DNA of 63,770 bases, counting the filler, from Octopus bimaculoides (taxonomy: Eukaryota), in assembly GCF_001194135.2 (NCBI RefSeq). It is 3 parts of 3 records of this genome, joined end to end, with 100 filler letters (N's around TTAATTAATTAA, not from the genome) between each part and the next. Parts side by side here need not be neighbours in the genome. Positions count along the whole stretch, not along the records: positions 1 to 22,757 come from NC_069004.1; positions 22,858 to 35,774 come from NC_068996.1; 1 more part is not named here. One strand, written 5' to 3'. The notes beneath the pieces are model-generated. The model searched no databases and had not been told where the DNA came from. It saw only the letters and a list, made by a program, of their open reading frames with translations. The position numbers and the translations under genes are program-made. Positions 13,297-26,200 of this stretch are shown here, piece by piece. Every line of letters begins with the position of its first letter. Position 1 is the first letter of the stretch.

Positions 13297-14098
13297 AGCC
13301 TCTTTCAGTTTCTCTTTACCAAATCCACTCACAAAGCTTTGGTCGGCTGGGGGACTATAGTAGAAGACACTTGCCCTAAGTGTCATGCAGTGGGACTGAA
13401 CCTGGAAACATGTGGTTGGGAAGCAAGCTTTTCAACCACACTGTCACAACTGCTCCTATTGTGCTGTATCTATGCATAAGATCTTTATGCAGATCCAAAT
13501 TTCACTTCTTTGTATGATGTAGGTTGCTGATAAAATCATTTTGTACCAATTGTTTAAACCAGCCACCTCTAGCCAAAGTAGTCTATCTGATTTAAGTCCA
13601 ACCAACAAGATCTTGCCTTTTACACCTATCCCACAATGTCATTCTATAAATGAAAAACAATCACATCATCACAATCTCCAAGTTAAGAGATAATGTATGA
13701 TTAATTCAAAATAATGTGAATAAATGAGTATTACATTTGACTGAGTAATCTGAATGCTAAAGAGTTAACTTCTACTGTAACTAATATGATTTCACCATCA
13801 ATAAGATTTGATTAGGATAAGGCCACGCAAATGTACCTGTCAGTCATTGTAGAAAGGGATTGGGAGCCCCCCCCCTTACCCAAAGGGAACATTCATATAT
13901 TTAACATGCACACACACATGCACATTACTTTACAATTCATCCCATGGTACAAGAAAGGACCCTAGTCCCATTCTTTTTAGGCTTGTTAGTACATCTCACT
14001 TTGCTTGATAAAGCCTTATAAAAGGCATTGCCTTTTATGTCTAGGTGGCTACACAAAATTAACCATTATTCTTTGCAACATGTTTTCTATAACTCTAA

Positions 14099-14133
<35 letters not shown>

Positions 14134-14985
14134 GGCACTCCGTCGCTTACGACGTCGAGGGTTCCTGTTGATCCGATCGACAGAACAGCCTGCTCATGAT
14201 ATGAGCAGCCTGAGCACTCCACAGACACGTGTACCCTTAACGTAGTTCTCGGGAAGATTCAGCGTGACACAGTGTGACAAGGCTGACCCTTTGAATTACA
14301 GGCACAACAGAAACAGGAAGTAAGAGTGAGAGAAAGTTGTGGTGAAAGAGTACAGCAGGGTTCGCCACCATCCCCTGCCGGAGCCTCATGGAGCTTTAGA
14401 TGTTTTCACTCAATAAACACTCTCAACACCTGGTCTGGGAATCGAAACTGCGATCCTATGACCGCGAGTTTGCTGCCCTAACGACTGGGCCATTGTGCCT
14501 CCACATAACTCTAAATATACTCTTATAAAGCAGGCTTACATTTTATAGATTTTAGAGTCCTTCAAACTAAATTTGTCTAATTGTCCATTGGAGCTAGAGT
14601 TTAGCAAAATCCACTGAGCCTCACAGCTTTGTGGGTCATTGAATTTTGCTAAACTGTCCAACCCATACCAGTATGGAAACCAGACGTTAAATGACAAGGG
14701 TTCAGCTGTCTGTCTGTCCCCCTCACTCTCTCTCTCTCTGGTGGCACGTAAAAAACACCATTTTGAGCGTGGCCATTGCCAGTACCGCCGGACCGGCCCT
14801 CGTGCCAGTGGCACGTAAAAAGCACCCACTACACTCACGGAGTGGTTGGCGTTAGGAAGGGCATCCAGCTGTAGAAACTCTGCCAGATCAGATTGGAGTT
14901 TGGTGTAGCCATCTGGTTCGCCAGTCTCCAGTCAAATCGTCCAACCCATGCTAGCATGGAAAGCAGACGTTAAACGATGATGATG

Positions 14986-15027
<42 letters not shown>

Positions 15028-18000
15028 CACACACACACACACACACGCATATATACATGCATATGTACCATATATTTCGGTGTATACGGCGACCTACAGA
15101 TAATACAACCCCAAAATCTGAGTAAATGTTCATGACTTTAGCTAATATCTGAGGTATAAGACTGACTTTTAAATTACAAAACCTGCCTAAGTTTAAGGAT
15201 AGCCGAAGCGACAGTGTAAAAGTTACCATATCGTATAAAATACCAGGTATTAATTAAAGACGATGTTATTAGAAATGTTATTTTACTTGCCGTATCTATG
15301 AAACAATATATCATATTAACATAAATTTGTATAAGGTGATGAAACTGATTCTTTCTTTAAAGCTGTCGATCGTAACATCGTAAACAAATGCCAGTTCATG
15401 CGACCGAATTATTTGAAACATTTAAAGTAGCTGATGACTGATGAGTTCATTATATCAACAAACAGCTTTCTTCTTCTTCTGTTTAAGGCGCTTCAACTAC
15501 AATGGTAGTTTTCACTTCTTTTTCTCTCTGATTCAGTCTGTTCTTGACTCTCCTACCAACCAGATACAATTCTAAAATGCTTTTTATACTCAACCTACCC
15601 ATGGCGCTGCCCAAAAGAACAAAAAAAACGAAGAAAATACGAAGCAAGTTTTAAACTGAAAGTTATTGAAGTTGCCAAGGCATCTAACAACTGTGCTGCT
15701 GTGAGAACATTTGATATGACTGAGAAGATGGTAAGAGATTGGAGAAAGAATGAAGATGATTTAAGAAACATGTCAAAACTGAAATGTGGAATGAGAAGAA
15801 GAAGCACTTGTTGGTCAGAGTTGGAAGATCATATTTGCAAGTGAGTACTTGAACTGAGACAGGATGAATACGTAGTAACGCGAAATGAAATAAGATCATA
15901 TGCATTAAAATGGGCAAAAGCCAACCAAGACAAAAGCCAGGACTTTAAAGCAACAGGAGGCTGGTGCAGTCGTTTCATGAATAGAAAGAATCTTGTGATA
16001 CATCAAAAAACTAAAATCGCTCAAAAGCAACCAAGAGACCTTGACCATAAAGTTACCAATTTTCATCGATTTATTATTGGGATGAGGCAAAGACATCAGT
16101 TTCCTATGTCATGTATCGGAAACATGGATGAGACCCCATTAAACTTTGACATGATGGGTGATAGAATGGTTGACATGAAAGGCGCTAAGACCGTGCATGT
16201 TAGCGGCATGGGTCATGAAAAGACAAGGTTTATGGTCGTGTTATTGTGCATGGCTAACGGAATGAAACTGAAACCCATGATAATTTTTAAGCGAAAAACT
16301 AAGCTGAAAATAAATTTTCGTTCTGGAGTATTTGTTCATTTTCACGAAAAAGGATAGATGGATGAGAATGGCGTAAATTTGTGGATAGAAAATAGTTGGA
16401 GCAGACATCCAGTTGGGATAAAAAAGGGGAAAAAAAGGAAAGAAATCTATTGGTTTGGTATATATTTCGTAGCCGCATAATAGAGAACACTAAGGCCAGA
16501 TTATCACGAATTAATACTGATATTGTAGTTATACCTGGTGGTCTGACCTCTTTACTGCAGCCACTAGATTCTAATTGGGACCCTTACGATGAAACTGGAA
16601 ATGACGATTTGCTTGACAAACTTTTTGCGTCAGATGATGATTGTAGCAATTTTGAAGGATTAAATGTTTGAAACATATCTAAATAACTATGTGTGTGTGT
16701 GTGGTATTTTTTTGTGTTATTTCTATTAAAATTGATAATCTTAGTGAAACGTGTTTTGTAATACTTTTTATTAAAATTTGTAATCTTAGTGAGAAATAAA
16801 AGGTTTTCTGTGGATTGTAGATTTTTAGGTAATGGCAATTCTATTACATTATTAGTGTTGTATATTAATGCGAATTGTTTTAAATACAAGTGCTTACATC
16901 GGTAGTTACTGCACAGAGGCTGTCGTCAGTATTAAATTAAAGTTAGGCCTGGTTTTCTGTACAAATACACCACAAGATGTAATGTTCACTTTTTGTTACT
17001 GTTATACAGGGTCTGGCAAAATGATCTGACACATTTTTGGATTTAAAAAAAAAATAAAAGAAGTAAAGAAACAAAAAAAAATAATTTATTTTTGAAAAGT
17101 ACATATAATGCCATTTTGTTTCATTTGGTTTTAAAAATTAAATCAGNNNNNNNNNNNNNNNNNNNNNNNNNNNNNNNNNNNNNNNNNNNNNNNNNNNNNN
17201 NNNNNNNNNNNNNNNNNNNNNNNNNNNNNNNNNNNNNNNNNNNNNNNNNNNNNNNNNNNNNNNNNNNNNNNNNNNNNNNNNNNNNNNNNNNNNNNNNNNN
17301 NNNNNNNNNNNNNNNNNNNNNNNNNNNNNNNNNNNNNNNNNNNNNNNNNNNNNNNNNNNNNNNNNNNNNNNNNNNNNNNNNNNNNNNNNNNNNNNNNNNN
17401 NNNNNNNNNNNNNNNNNNNNNNNNNNNNNNNNNNNNNNNNNNNNNNNNNNNNNNNNNNNNNNNNNNNNNNNNNNNNNNNNNNNNNNNNNNNNNNNNNNNN
17501 NNNNNNNNNNNNNNNNNNNNNNNNNNNNNNNNNNNNNNNNNNNNNNNNNNNNNNNNNNNNNNNNNNNNNNNNNNNNNNNNNNNNNNNNNNNNNNNNNNNN
17601 NNNNNNNNNNNNNNNNNCACAATATCGATCAGAGTTCACAGTCACTGTAACGTTGTCTTCTTCAAAGAAGTACGGACCCCATATACCGAATTCTGATACC
17701 GCACACCACACAGTCACCCGAGGAGAATGCAAAGGGCGTTCATGCAACTCACGAGGGTTGTTTTTGGCCCAGTATCTGAAGTTTTGCTTATTCACTGCGG
17801 CAAACGAAACAAACAAAACAAAATGGCATTATATGTACCTTTCGAAAATGAAAAAAACTTTTTTGTAACTTTAATTTATTTGCCTTTTATTAAACCTACA
17901 AATGTGTCGGATCATTTTGCCGGACCCTGTATAAGACAACCCTCAATTTTGGTGTGATTTTTGGGCTCTAAAAGGTTGTCTTATACACCAAAATATACAG

Positions 18001-18080
<80 letters not shown>

Positions 18081-21000
18081 TATATAAGTGAGAGAAAGAA
18101 TAAGTTCAAGTAGAACAGTTCAAACTTTTTGAGGAGTCCAGAAAGAGGAAATATTTCTTATAAATATTCATCATATCCAACATCTCTTCTCCATTTTTAT
18201 TATTATTTATAGTGTAACTTTTTACTGTATATACACACACACACATGCATGAGGGTGCATGACTCAGTGATTAAAGTGTCAGGCTTACAATGTTGAGGTT
18301 GGGGGTTCAATTCCCAGACTGGGTTGTGTGTAGTGTGCTTGAGCAAGAGACTTTTCCAAGATGCTACACTGTGAAACTGAACCCAGAAGATCTTTCTTTT
18401 ACTTGTTTCAGTCACTTGACTATGGCCATCCCTTGAAGAATTTTTAATTGAATGAATCGACTCCAGTACCTAGTATTTTAATTTTTTTTAAGCCTGAAAC
18501 TTATCTCATTAGTTTCTTTTGTCATACAAAGAAGTTACAGGGATGTAAACCCACCAACACCAGTTGTCAAGTGAGGGGACTGGTACAGACATAAAGACAT
18601 ACACACAATGAGCTTCTTTCAGCTTCCGTCTACAAAACCCCCTCACAAAGCTTTGTTGGCCTGAGGCTATAGCAGAAGATAGTATTTATATAATGTTTCT
18701 CTATCATTGTTTCTTTCTCTCTTTATTGCTTGATTTCTCTCTCTATTCCCTGAAAGAATCAAAGCTATCATCCAAGGAAACTATTGATGAGCTGTGTTAC
18801 CTAAAAGAACAAAGAAAAAAAAAAAACATTTAATTTAATCCTTTAGCATCTAAGCTGGCCATATCCAGTCTAAATATTCAACCTGCTTTATGTTCGAACT
18901 AATCAGATCTGGCCCTCATACTTATCCAACTATGTCATTCTAAAAATATACAATCATATCATTGAAAACCCTAAGCAACAAGATAATGTATGATTAATTC
19001 AAAACAGTGTGAATAAATAAGGATTTCATTGGACAGAATAATCTGAATGCTAAAGGGTTCAGGTGCAAAAATTAAATAACTTTTTATTCCTTTAGGTGAG
19101 CGCATTTCTGAGATTTCATGATTAACCCATGAACTGCTGGGATTTTGCTGTATGTAACACGAGCTGCTGAACCTATTTTAGGTAAAGGTCAACATCGATC
19201 TATCACTTGAAAAAAATACTCAGTGTTTCTTAACACCTTCTGTGATTGGCTACACTGTTTCTGGGGTGAAAGGGTATCATGTGCATACATTATACGTCAT
19301 CAAAATTAGGTCAGATCATGCCCTACTTCCGTGGCCTGTCGCACTGTCACGTTGGCCACTGAGGTGGCCTATCACACTGTTGCGTTCGCCACTGAGGTGG
19401 CCTATCGCAGTTTATGGGTTAATGATGACAATGATGACTTAAAATTTTCTTTGTGAGGAATGTATTCAATGAAAGTGGCCCAAGTATATAAATGGTTATT
19501 ACTGTAAGATTTGAAACCAGAGAGTTGTGTAATGAGACTAAATACTCTATAAGTACTTAGTCTGGTGATGATGATGATGGTGGTGGTGACAGTGATGGTT
19601 ATATAATGTTGTCCTTTTTTTTCCTTTCAGAATATATTGTCATTAAACCCATTGACACCTCGTTTTGCCAATGTGAAAGCGACAACTGAGACCAAAAAAT
19701 ACAAAAAACTATGGAAGAGAAATGACAACAAAAATTGCAATGTAAGTTGAATTTGAGTTTTCAGTCAGTAACTGGATCTTATATTTAACTATAGATTGTA
19801 GATATTCCACTTAAGGACTCCTTGATCTTATATTTAACTATACATTGTAGATGTGTCACATAAGGATAACTATCTCTATTCCTTTCTATTTTCTCTGATT
19901 TCTGCCTGTTTTATTGTTTCTGTGTCATTATCCATCAGTATTCGTCTCTTCAGTTGGTGGACATGTATATGTCTCTAGCAGTAATATTTGGTGATTCCAA
20001 AAGCACCTAGGAATTGAAACTGGATTGCTATGTCCATCAATCAGGATTTTTGATTGGGATTAATAATGTTAGCACATGACTGACCAGTCAGATCTTTGGC
20101 CGAGATCACTACATCAACGTGCATGCTATTTGTTCAATTATTGGTGACATCAGTAAGAAACTGCCTACTTGGACTGCTGTGAAACAGGATCATATCAGCA
20201 AGTTGTTTCTTGCACTTCTTTTTCATCAACAGAAACTATAAATACAATTCTCTTGCCACTAGCAAGTAGTGGTGACATATACCTGTCATACTGCCAGACA
20301 GACCACTCACGCTACAGTCATTCCTAGCACACAAATACTTCATAAATTGTTGAACTGTTTTAACTTGGTGTAAACATTCTTCTGTCATAGATCATGATGG
20401 TAATACATTATTTAGTTTAACAATATAATAAATGTTTTGTTTATGTAGAATACCTAAACAGAATTTGTGTTCTTACATTCATTGATATCAATTCGACTCA
20501 ACTCATCCAAATTGTTTCACTAGTGACCACTCAAAACAGAAATACTCTTATTGTTACATTCCGGTATATGTGTGAGGGTTATGTGAAGGCTCATGGCTCA
20601 CTGGTTAGAGTGTCAGGCTCACAATCATGCGGTAATGAGTTTGATTCTCAGATGGACCTATGTGTTGTGTTCTTGAGCAAGACACTTTATTTCATGTTGC
20701 TCAGGTTCACTCAGGTGTAGAAATGGGTTGCAACATCATGGCTTTTGCCTTTCCAATCCACCAAGGTCAACTTTGCCCTTCATCCTTTCAGGGTCGAATA
20801 ATTAAGTACCAGTGAAACACTGGAGTCAATGTAATTGACTAGTCCCCTCCCCCAAAATTCCAGGACTTATGCCTATAGTTGAAAGGATTATTATTATTAT
20901 TTATTAAGGTGGCAAGCTGACAAAATCGTTAGCACATGGGACAAAATGCTTGGCTGCATTTTGCCCATCTTTATGTGCTCTGAGTTTAAATTCTCCCGAG

Positions 21001-22355
21001 GTTGACTTTGCCTTTTATCCCTTCAGGGTCGATGAAATAAGTACCAGTTGAACACTGGGGTTCGATGTTATCAATTTACCCCCTCCCTCACCAAAATTGT
21101 TGTTCTTGTGCCAAAAATTAAAACCATTATTATTATCAATTAGCAAGCTGGCAGAATCATTAGCATGCTGGGAAAGATGGTTAGCAGTAATCATCCATCT
21201 TTACATTCTGAGTTCAAATTCTGCTGAAGTTGATTTTGTTTATCATCCTTTCAGGGTGAATAAAATAAAGTACTAGTTGAGTAAGTACAAGGGTCAATGT
21301 AATCAATTTATTGCCTCCCCACAAACTGTTGACTGCTAAGTTGTCTGGTCCACCATGTGAAATCACATCTTACCTGTCAACTTCAACCTGTGAACTGAAA
21401 CATCGGTGTAACCCCACCCCCACCTATTCTCACTTTGAAGTTATATTTATTCTCTTCATCCCTTTCATCCCAAAGCCATGTAATGACTTTGATATATTTA
21501 TAGTTATGAAACTTGAAGTAATGCAGTTAATACATGTATGTATGTGTGTGTGTATGCATGCATGCATGCGTTTACCGTAAATCCTCGAGTATAGTCCACC
21601 CTTGAGTATAATACGCAGGGGATTTTTAGGGGGGCTGTACCTCTGAAAAACCTAAACCTTGTGTATAATACGCACCCCTTCTCTAACTTGAGTCAATGAG
21701 GTCTATATAACGTCCTTGGTTTGTAAACGTATATACGGTAACGTCCTTTATTATTATTGCATATATAACATAATGCAAACATGTAGCCTTTTTGTGCACT
21801 TTGTTTGCAGAAAGTAAAGAAATAACAGTAATAACGTCAGTGAAAAATAAATATTAAATAAATTGCCTTTACATATTTATCACTATCAGTTACAAGCCCG
21901 ACATCACAAAATGCGCCTGAATAAACATTGCCGGACAGCAAATAGAGACTCGGACATTGCTTAGAAAATGTTTTTCATTTTTAACCTCGTATATAGTATG
22001 CATTAGAAATTTTGACCTTTAAATTTTGGGAAAAAAGTGCGGATTATACTCGAGGATTTACGGTATGTAAATATATATGATATGATATATATTTATAAAG
22101 CATGTAAAAAGCACCCACTACACTCTCGGAGTGGTTATTAGAAAAGCATCCAGCTGTAGAAACCTTTTGCCAGATCAGATTGGAGCCTGGTGCCAGCATA
22201 GAAAGCAGATGTTAAACGGTGATGATGATGATATGTATATATATTGTAATCTGTATATTCTTCCTTTTGTAGTCATGTCACAATTATTTCAAAGACTTCA
22301 GTGATATCAAACCCACCACCTTAAGTGAAAGAGCTGCTCTCAGGGAAGCAGGAAG
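5322..22355 (+). CDS. DPYD: Dihydropyrimidine dehydrogenase (NADP+), N-terminal part only, join(5322..5357,19631..19741,22273..22355)
   Basis: Spliced peptide [76 protein letters not shown](R) matches the recalled human N-terminus (..[42 protein letters not shown]). Introns are GT-AG with consistent phases 0, 0, 2. Confidence 0.93.
6884..6995 (-). mobile_element. CORE-like tRNA SINE copy (partial)
   Basis: Reverse complement of accttgggcaagtgtcttctactat...gagtggattt, the same family as 11053-11215. Confidence 0.75.
7915..8060 (-). mobile_element. CORE-like tRNA SINE copy
   Basis: cacttgcccaaggtgccacgcagtgagactgaacc core with a (TA)n tail on the left side. Confidence 0.8.
10016..10347 (-). 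mobile_element. tRNA-head SINE (gtggaggcgcaatggcccagtggttag family)
   Basis: Minus-strand A box (tggcccagtggttag) and B box (ggtttcgattcc). Near-identical copies at 14130-14504 and 54828-55201. Confidence 0.9.
11053..11215 (+). mobile_element. CORE-like tRNA SINE, near full length
   Basis: ggctgtgtggtaag (A box), ggttcagtccc (B box), then accttgagcaagtgtctt (CORE-like). Further copies at about 7410-7545, 13291-13444, 26581-26735, 37150-37270 and 45490-45600. Confidence 0.85.
11895..12117. mobile_element. piggyBac-type MITE
   Basis: TTAA|ccctttagcatt ... aatgctataggg|TTAA: terminal inverted repeats with a TTAA target duplication. Other copies at about 13520-13765, 18839-19057 and 54559-54769. 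Confidence 0.75.
14130..14504 (-). mobile_element. tRNA-head SINE, full-length copy next to (GT)n
   Basis: Same family as 10016-10347. Its 3' end abuts a (GT)n run. Confidence 0.9.
14735..14990 (-). mobile_element. Abundant retroposon-derived repeat (catcatcgtttaacgtccgctttccatgctagcatgggttggacg family)
   Basis: Shared core ctacagctggatgcccttcctaacgccaaccactc. More than 10 copies in the window, e.g. 22100-22230, 30618-31400, 32052-32309, 38730-38895, 46835-47477, 48090-48250, 51200-51345 and 56966-57745. Confidence 0.85.
15068..18000 (+). mobile_element. pogo/Tigger (POGK-like) DNA transposon with decayed transposase
   Basis: TA-flanked TIRs ccatatatttcggtgtatacggcgacct / aggttgtcttatacaccaaaatatacag. 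Broken ORF 15600-16670: [14 protein letters not shown] (Brinker-type DBD), [14 protein letters not shown] (CENP-B HTH), [37 protein letters not shown] (DDE_1). Confidence 0.9.
17007..17929 (-). mobile_element. Internally deleted Tc1/mariner element nested in the pogo element
   Basis: 30-bp TIRs cagggtctggcaaaatgatctgacacattt (2 mismatches) with TA on both sides. Minus-strand peptide [45 protein letters not shown]. Partly unsequenced. Confidence 0.9.
19631..19741 (+). CDS. DPYD: DPYD coding exon 2 (111 nt)
   Basis: Long pyrimidine tract ending ttcctttcag, open in frame 0, with an AAT|gtaagt donor. Confidence 0.95.
21575..22063. mobile_element. pogo-type MITE (489 bp)
   Basis: TA|ccgtaaatcctcgagtatagtcc ... 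ggattatactcgaggatttacgg|TA: 23-bp TIRs with one mismatch and no ORF. Confidence 0.88.
22273..22355 (+). CDS. DPYD: DPYD coding exon 3 (83 nt)
   Basis: ttccttttgtag acceptor and AG|gttagt phase-2 donor. Encodes [27 protein letters not shown]. Confidence 0.95.
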
Positions 22356-22439
22356 GTTAGTGATGTTGTACTTAAACCTATTTTTACAACCCTGCCCACC
22401 AGATATTTTGTTTTGATCCTTTGATTCTTTTATGCTTAT

Positions 22440-22757
22440 ATGAAAGTTACAGAGAGGGTCATAGCCCAACTAATTAGGGAGCGAATCAATTTAGATGAGA
22501 TGCAGTTTGGGTTCGTGCCAGGTAAAAGCACTACTGATGCCTTATTCCTAGTGAGACAGTTGCAAGAGAAATACCTAGCCAAGGATAAACCTCTGTACCT
22601 GGCTTTCGTTGACATGGAGAAAGCCTTTGACAGGGTCCCCCGATCCCTTATCTGGTGGTCAATGAGGAAACTTGGGATAGAAGAATGGCTAGTGAGAGCT
22701 GTGCGAGCCATGTACAGAGATGCGGCCAGTAAGGTGAGGGTTGGAAATGAGTACAGC
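22440..22757 (+). mobile_element. RTE-clade LINE RT fragment, cut by the scaffold join
   Basis: MQFGFVPGKSTTDALFLVRQLQEKY...AFVDMEKAFDRVPR. Confidence 0.9.
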
Positions 22758-22857
22758 NNNNNNNNNNNNNNNNNNNNNNNNNNNNNNNNNNNNNNNNNNN
22801 NTTAATTAATTAANNNNNNNNNNNNNNNNNNNNNNNNNNNNNNNNNNNNNNNNNNNN
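22758..22857. other. Artificial 100-bp assembly spacer (N44-TTAATTAATTAA-N44)
   Basis: Exactly 44 N, a palindromic 12-mer with stops in all six frames, then 44 N. An identical construct is at 35775-35874. Confidence 0.92.
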
Positions 22858-23189
22858 TACATATGTGTATGTGTGTGCATTTGTATGTGTATGCACGTGT
22901 GTGTGTGTCTTTGCATGTGTTTTGTGTATGAGTTTGTATGAGTATTAGTGTTTGTGTTTGTGTGTGTGTATGTGTGTCAGTCTGTGTGCTTCTGTATGCT
23001 TGTGTGTGTTTGTGTGCATATGTGTGTTTTATTGTTTTTGTTTTTTTGTTGTTTTTTAATTTTTTGTTTTTCATCTTTGTTTTAGGAGGGTGTGGGTAAT
23101 TATGTTTTTTCCATTTTAGTGTAAAGTGCCTGTGTGGTCTTTTGATATAGGTGGTATTGGTGTATTGAGTGTAAATATATTGTTGTTGG

Positions 23190-23735
23190 AAAAGAGAGAC
23201 AGGCAGACAGAGAGACAGACAGACAGATAGACAGACAGAGATAGACAGACAGAGATAGACAGACAGTGAGAGAAACAGAGACAGAGACAGACAGACAGAC
23301 AGACAGACACAGAGACAAATAGACACAGAGAGAAGGACAAAAATTCAGTGAAGGAGAGAGGGAGGGAGATAGAAGATGGACAGACAGACAGACAGAGTGA
23401 TAAAGATGCAGAGACGCAAACATACAGTGATAAAAAGAGAAAGAAAGATAGAAAACGAGAAAGAAAGAGACAGAAAGAGAGAAAAAGAGAAAGAAAGAGA
23501 GAAAAAGAGAAAGAAAGAGAGAAAAAGAGAAAGAAAGAGACAGAAAGAGAAAGAAAGAAACAGAAAGAGATTGAGAGATGGACAAACAGGGAGACAGAGG
23601 TAGGAAGAGATACAGAGAGACACAGACAACCAAAGAGAGAAAAAGAAAGACAGAGAGGGAGAAAGGGAGAAAGGAACAGAGAGAGAGAGAGAGAAAAAGA
23701 GGGAGAAAGAGAGGGAGAGAGAGAGAAATCTTGGT
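23190..23735. repeat. Compound purine-rich microsatellite tract (GACA/GAGA/GAAA)
   Basis: Visible iterated agac, agaa and agag units. Confidence 0.92.
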
Positions 23736-24039
23736 TATTTTAATGTTTGTCAAACACCATTTGTAATACACCAAAAAAAGTATAAAGCAATCTTTCATTA
23801 AGGTTGTTGTTGCTGTTTTTTTCCTTGTCGTTGTTGTTGTCGAACTACACATGTCTTGAGTTAAACCTGGAGATTTATCATAGCACAAAAAAAAAAAACA
23901 ACAGCTTGCGATTGAATATGAGTGCAACATGTAGGCCTGGTTGTATTAATGAAGACATAACTCAGTCTGAGTTTTATATTATTGTGTTGTCTTGAGTGCT
24001 AACTGGTGAGAAAGGGGAGGGGGAGGAGATGAAGGTGGT

Positions 24040-24240
24040 CGTCGTCATTGTTGTCATCATTGTTGTCATCATCGTTGTCATCATCGTTGTCATCATCGTT
24101 GTCATCATCGTTGTCATCATCGTTGTCATCATCGTTGTCATCATTGTTGTCATCATCGTTGTCATCATTGTTGTCATCATCGTTGTCATCATCGTTGTCA
24201 TCATTGTTGTCATCATTGTTGTCATCATTGTTGTCATTAG
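24040..24240. repeat. 9-bp tandem repeat (gttgtcatc and variants), about 22 units
   Basis: (GTCATCAT[C/T]GTT)-type units. They explain the VIIV / MMTT / SSLL pseudo-ORFs. Confidence 0.95.
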
Positions 24241-24759
24241 TAAAAGTGAATGAAAATGTTGTAAGTAGATGTGACCATGATGATACATTGAGTGTTGTAG
24301 TTTAATGAATACATAATTGTGTGGTGCTGTTGTGTGATGTTGCTTATGGAAACATGGAGGTGGTGAGGTCTCAGAGTGAAAACACGAAAACATGTGACAG
24401 AAACAGTGAATTGGCAGGGAGGATCATTAGAATATTCGGATAGAATGTGTCACTGCATTTGTTCTGATTCTCTGATTTTCTGTGCTTTGGATTTGGATCC
24501 CACTGAAGTCAAATTTGCCTTTTGTCCTTTTGAAGTCAATGAAAAAAAATAGCATCAAACCAAAAAATGGATTGGCAGAACTTTTAGAGGGTCAGGAAAC
24601 ATACTCCTATCTGAGACCTGCAAAATGTCAGCAATTGTTAGAGGCTCAAATATTCTTTAGTTCTCTTTGGAGGAGCCAAAGTTTGGGATGCAGATCTAGC
24701 TATGTTATATACCTATATGTTGTGCTTTTACTAACAGAGGTTATCAATATTACTGAGGC

Positions 24760-26200
24760 CCAGCATTTGGAGCCACTATGAGCGCTCTGAGTGCATTTAT
24801 ATTGAAAGGCAGCATTGTAGTGTTTTCTTGATGAATAGTGCTTGAATTTTTCTCTTTTTTTCCTTCTAAAAGATAGAAAATTTGCATGGCCCCACTGGAG
24901 GATATGCTTTCAATGTCTGGAACTAATTGAGATTTGGCTTGCAATGTCTAGGTTGCATGCTGATGATGCATGGTGAGGAATGTTAGGTGAGAATAAAGAG
25001 TTGGATTAACTGCGTAAGCATGAGTGTTATTGGATGTTGTAGCATGTAGGTCATTGAATGTATAGAAGGAAGAAAATAGGGGACAGGACCAAACCCTGGG
25101 GTACACCAGAGTTGACTAAAAGTGGGGCTCAAAGAGTTCTGTCAATACATGTTGTGATAGTGGAATCTGATAGAAACCCACTCATTCTAGAGTAAGAAGG
25201 AGGTGGAGTCCACAGACAAGAAGTTTTGATTGGGGATTTGATGGTAGACATTTCAAAGGCTTTCTTGGTATTTAGAGCAACAATACTGATTTTTGCCAAT
25301 CTTCTCAAGAGTTCCATTTGGTGAGCAACAAAAAATGTAGGTTTCCAGTAGATCTGTCTCTGTGAAAGCTATACTGAGTGGAGAGTGAAATGAATGTTTC
25401 CATTATCTTAGAGATGTTAGAGGTGAGTGCAGTAGAATAATTGCTAGTAGATTTAATGGGTTTGTTGTCTTTAGAATGGGACACACTGAAGTGATCTTCC
25501 AAATGTCAAGGAATATCTTCATAGAAAGCTGGGACACACTGAAGTGATCTTCCAAATGTCAAGGAATATCACCATAGAAAGCTAGAGATTAAAGAGTTTA
25601 ATGAGCATGGCTGCAAGTTTTGTGGTGGACTGTTTAAGTGTTTAAGGGAAGGGATATTTTCAGAGCCAGTGGCCTTGTCTTTTTGAGCTTCAGAAGTATT
25701 TATTGTATGTGAACAGAGTGAGGAACCTGGTGGAATATATAGAGGTAGACATAGAGGAGACGAAAATGTGAAGTTGGATGCAAAGTGGGCAACAAAAATA
25801 GGGTCTTTCTCCTTGGGGAAGTACTATTTATGGGATCATCAGTGTTAAGAAGGGGTTGTTAATAAACTTGGTTTGGATCCTTTTGGAAAAGGACCAGAAG
25901 GAAAGCTTGAGGAAACAATATTGCACAAAGGTATCCTTTGCAGAGCAGATTATGGTCCAGTAAAGGTTGTTTCCGTTTAATGAATGCCACCCATTTGTTG
26001 AGAGTGGGTGAGACTCTCTCCAGAGGTTGTAAGCCTTGTTTTTCACTCAAAGAATTGCAGAGAAAAGCTTTGAGTGAATGAGGTCTGATTAAGGAAACTT
26101 TTAATCAAACATGTTCCAGCAATGACTCCTCTGTCTTATGGTATGGCCAAGACCACTTTTCCTAATGTGATCTTCCATTGGGAAGATCACATTAAGATGG
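24760..26200 (-). mobile_element. Heavily decayed CR1/Jockey/I-group LINE (RT region)
   Basis: Minus-strand remnants QYSFHRDRSTGNL, VALNTKKAF, GVPQGLVLSPIFFL and AYAVN (degenerate YADD). Contains an internal 53-bp tandem duplication at 25478-25583. Confidence 0.7.

Noticed and set aside
22802-24393. ORFs rich in Leu/Ser, Arg/Glu/Lys, VIIV and MMTT
   Set aside because: They are translations of microsatellites and the 9-mer repeat, with no splice or homology support.
25478-25583. 53-bp direct repeat (similar short duplications at about 19330-19410, 19790-19870 and 62230-62305)
   Set aside because: Two-copy slippage duplications without spacers. Not CRISPR-like and not otherwise informative.
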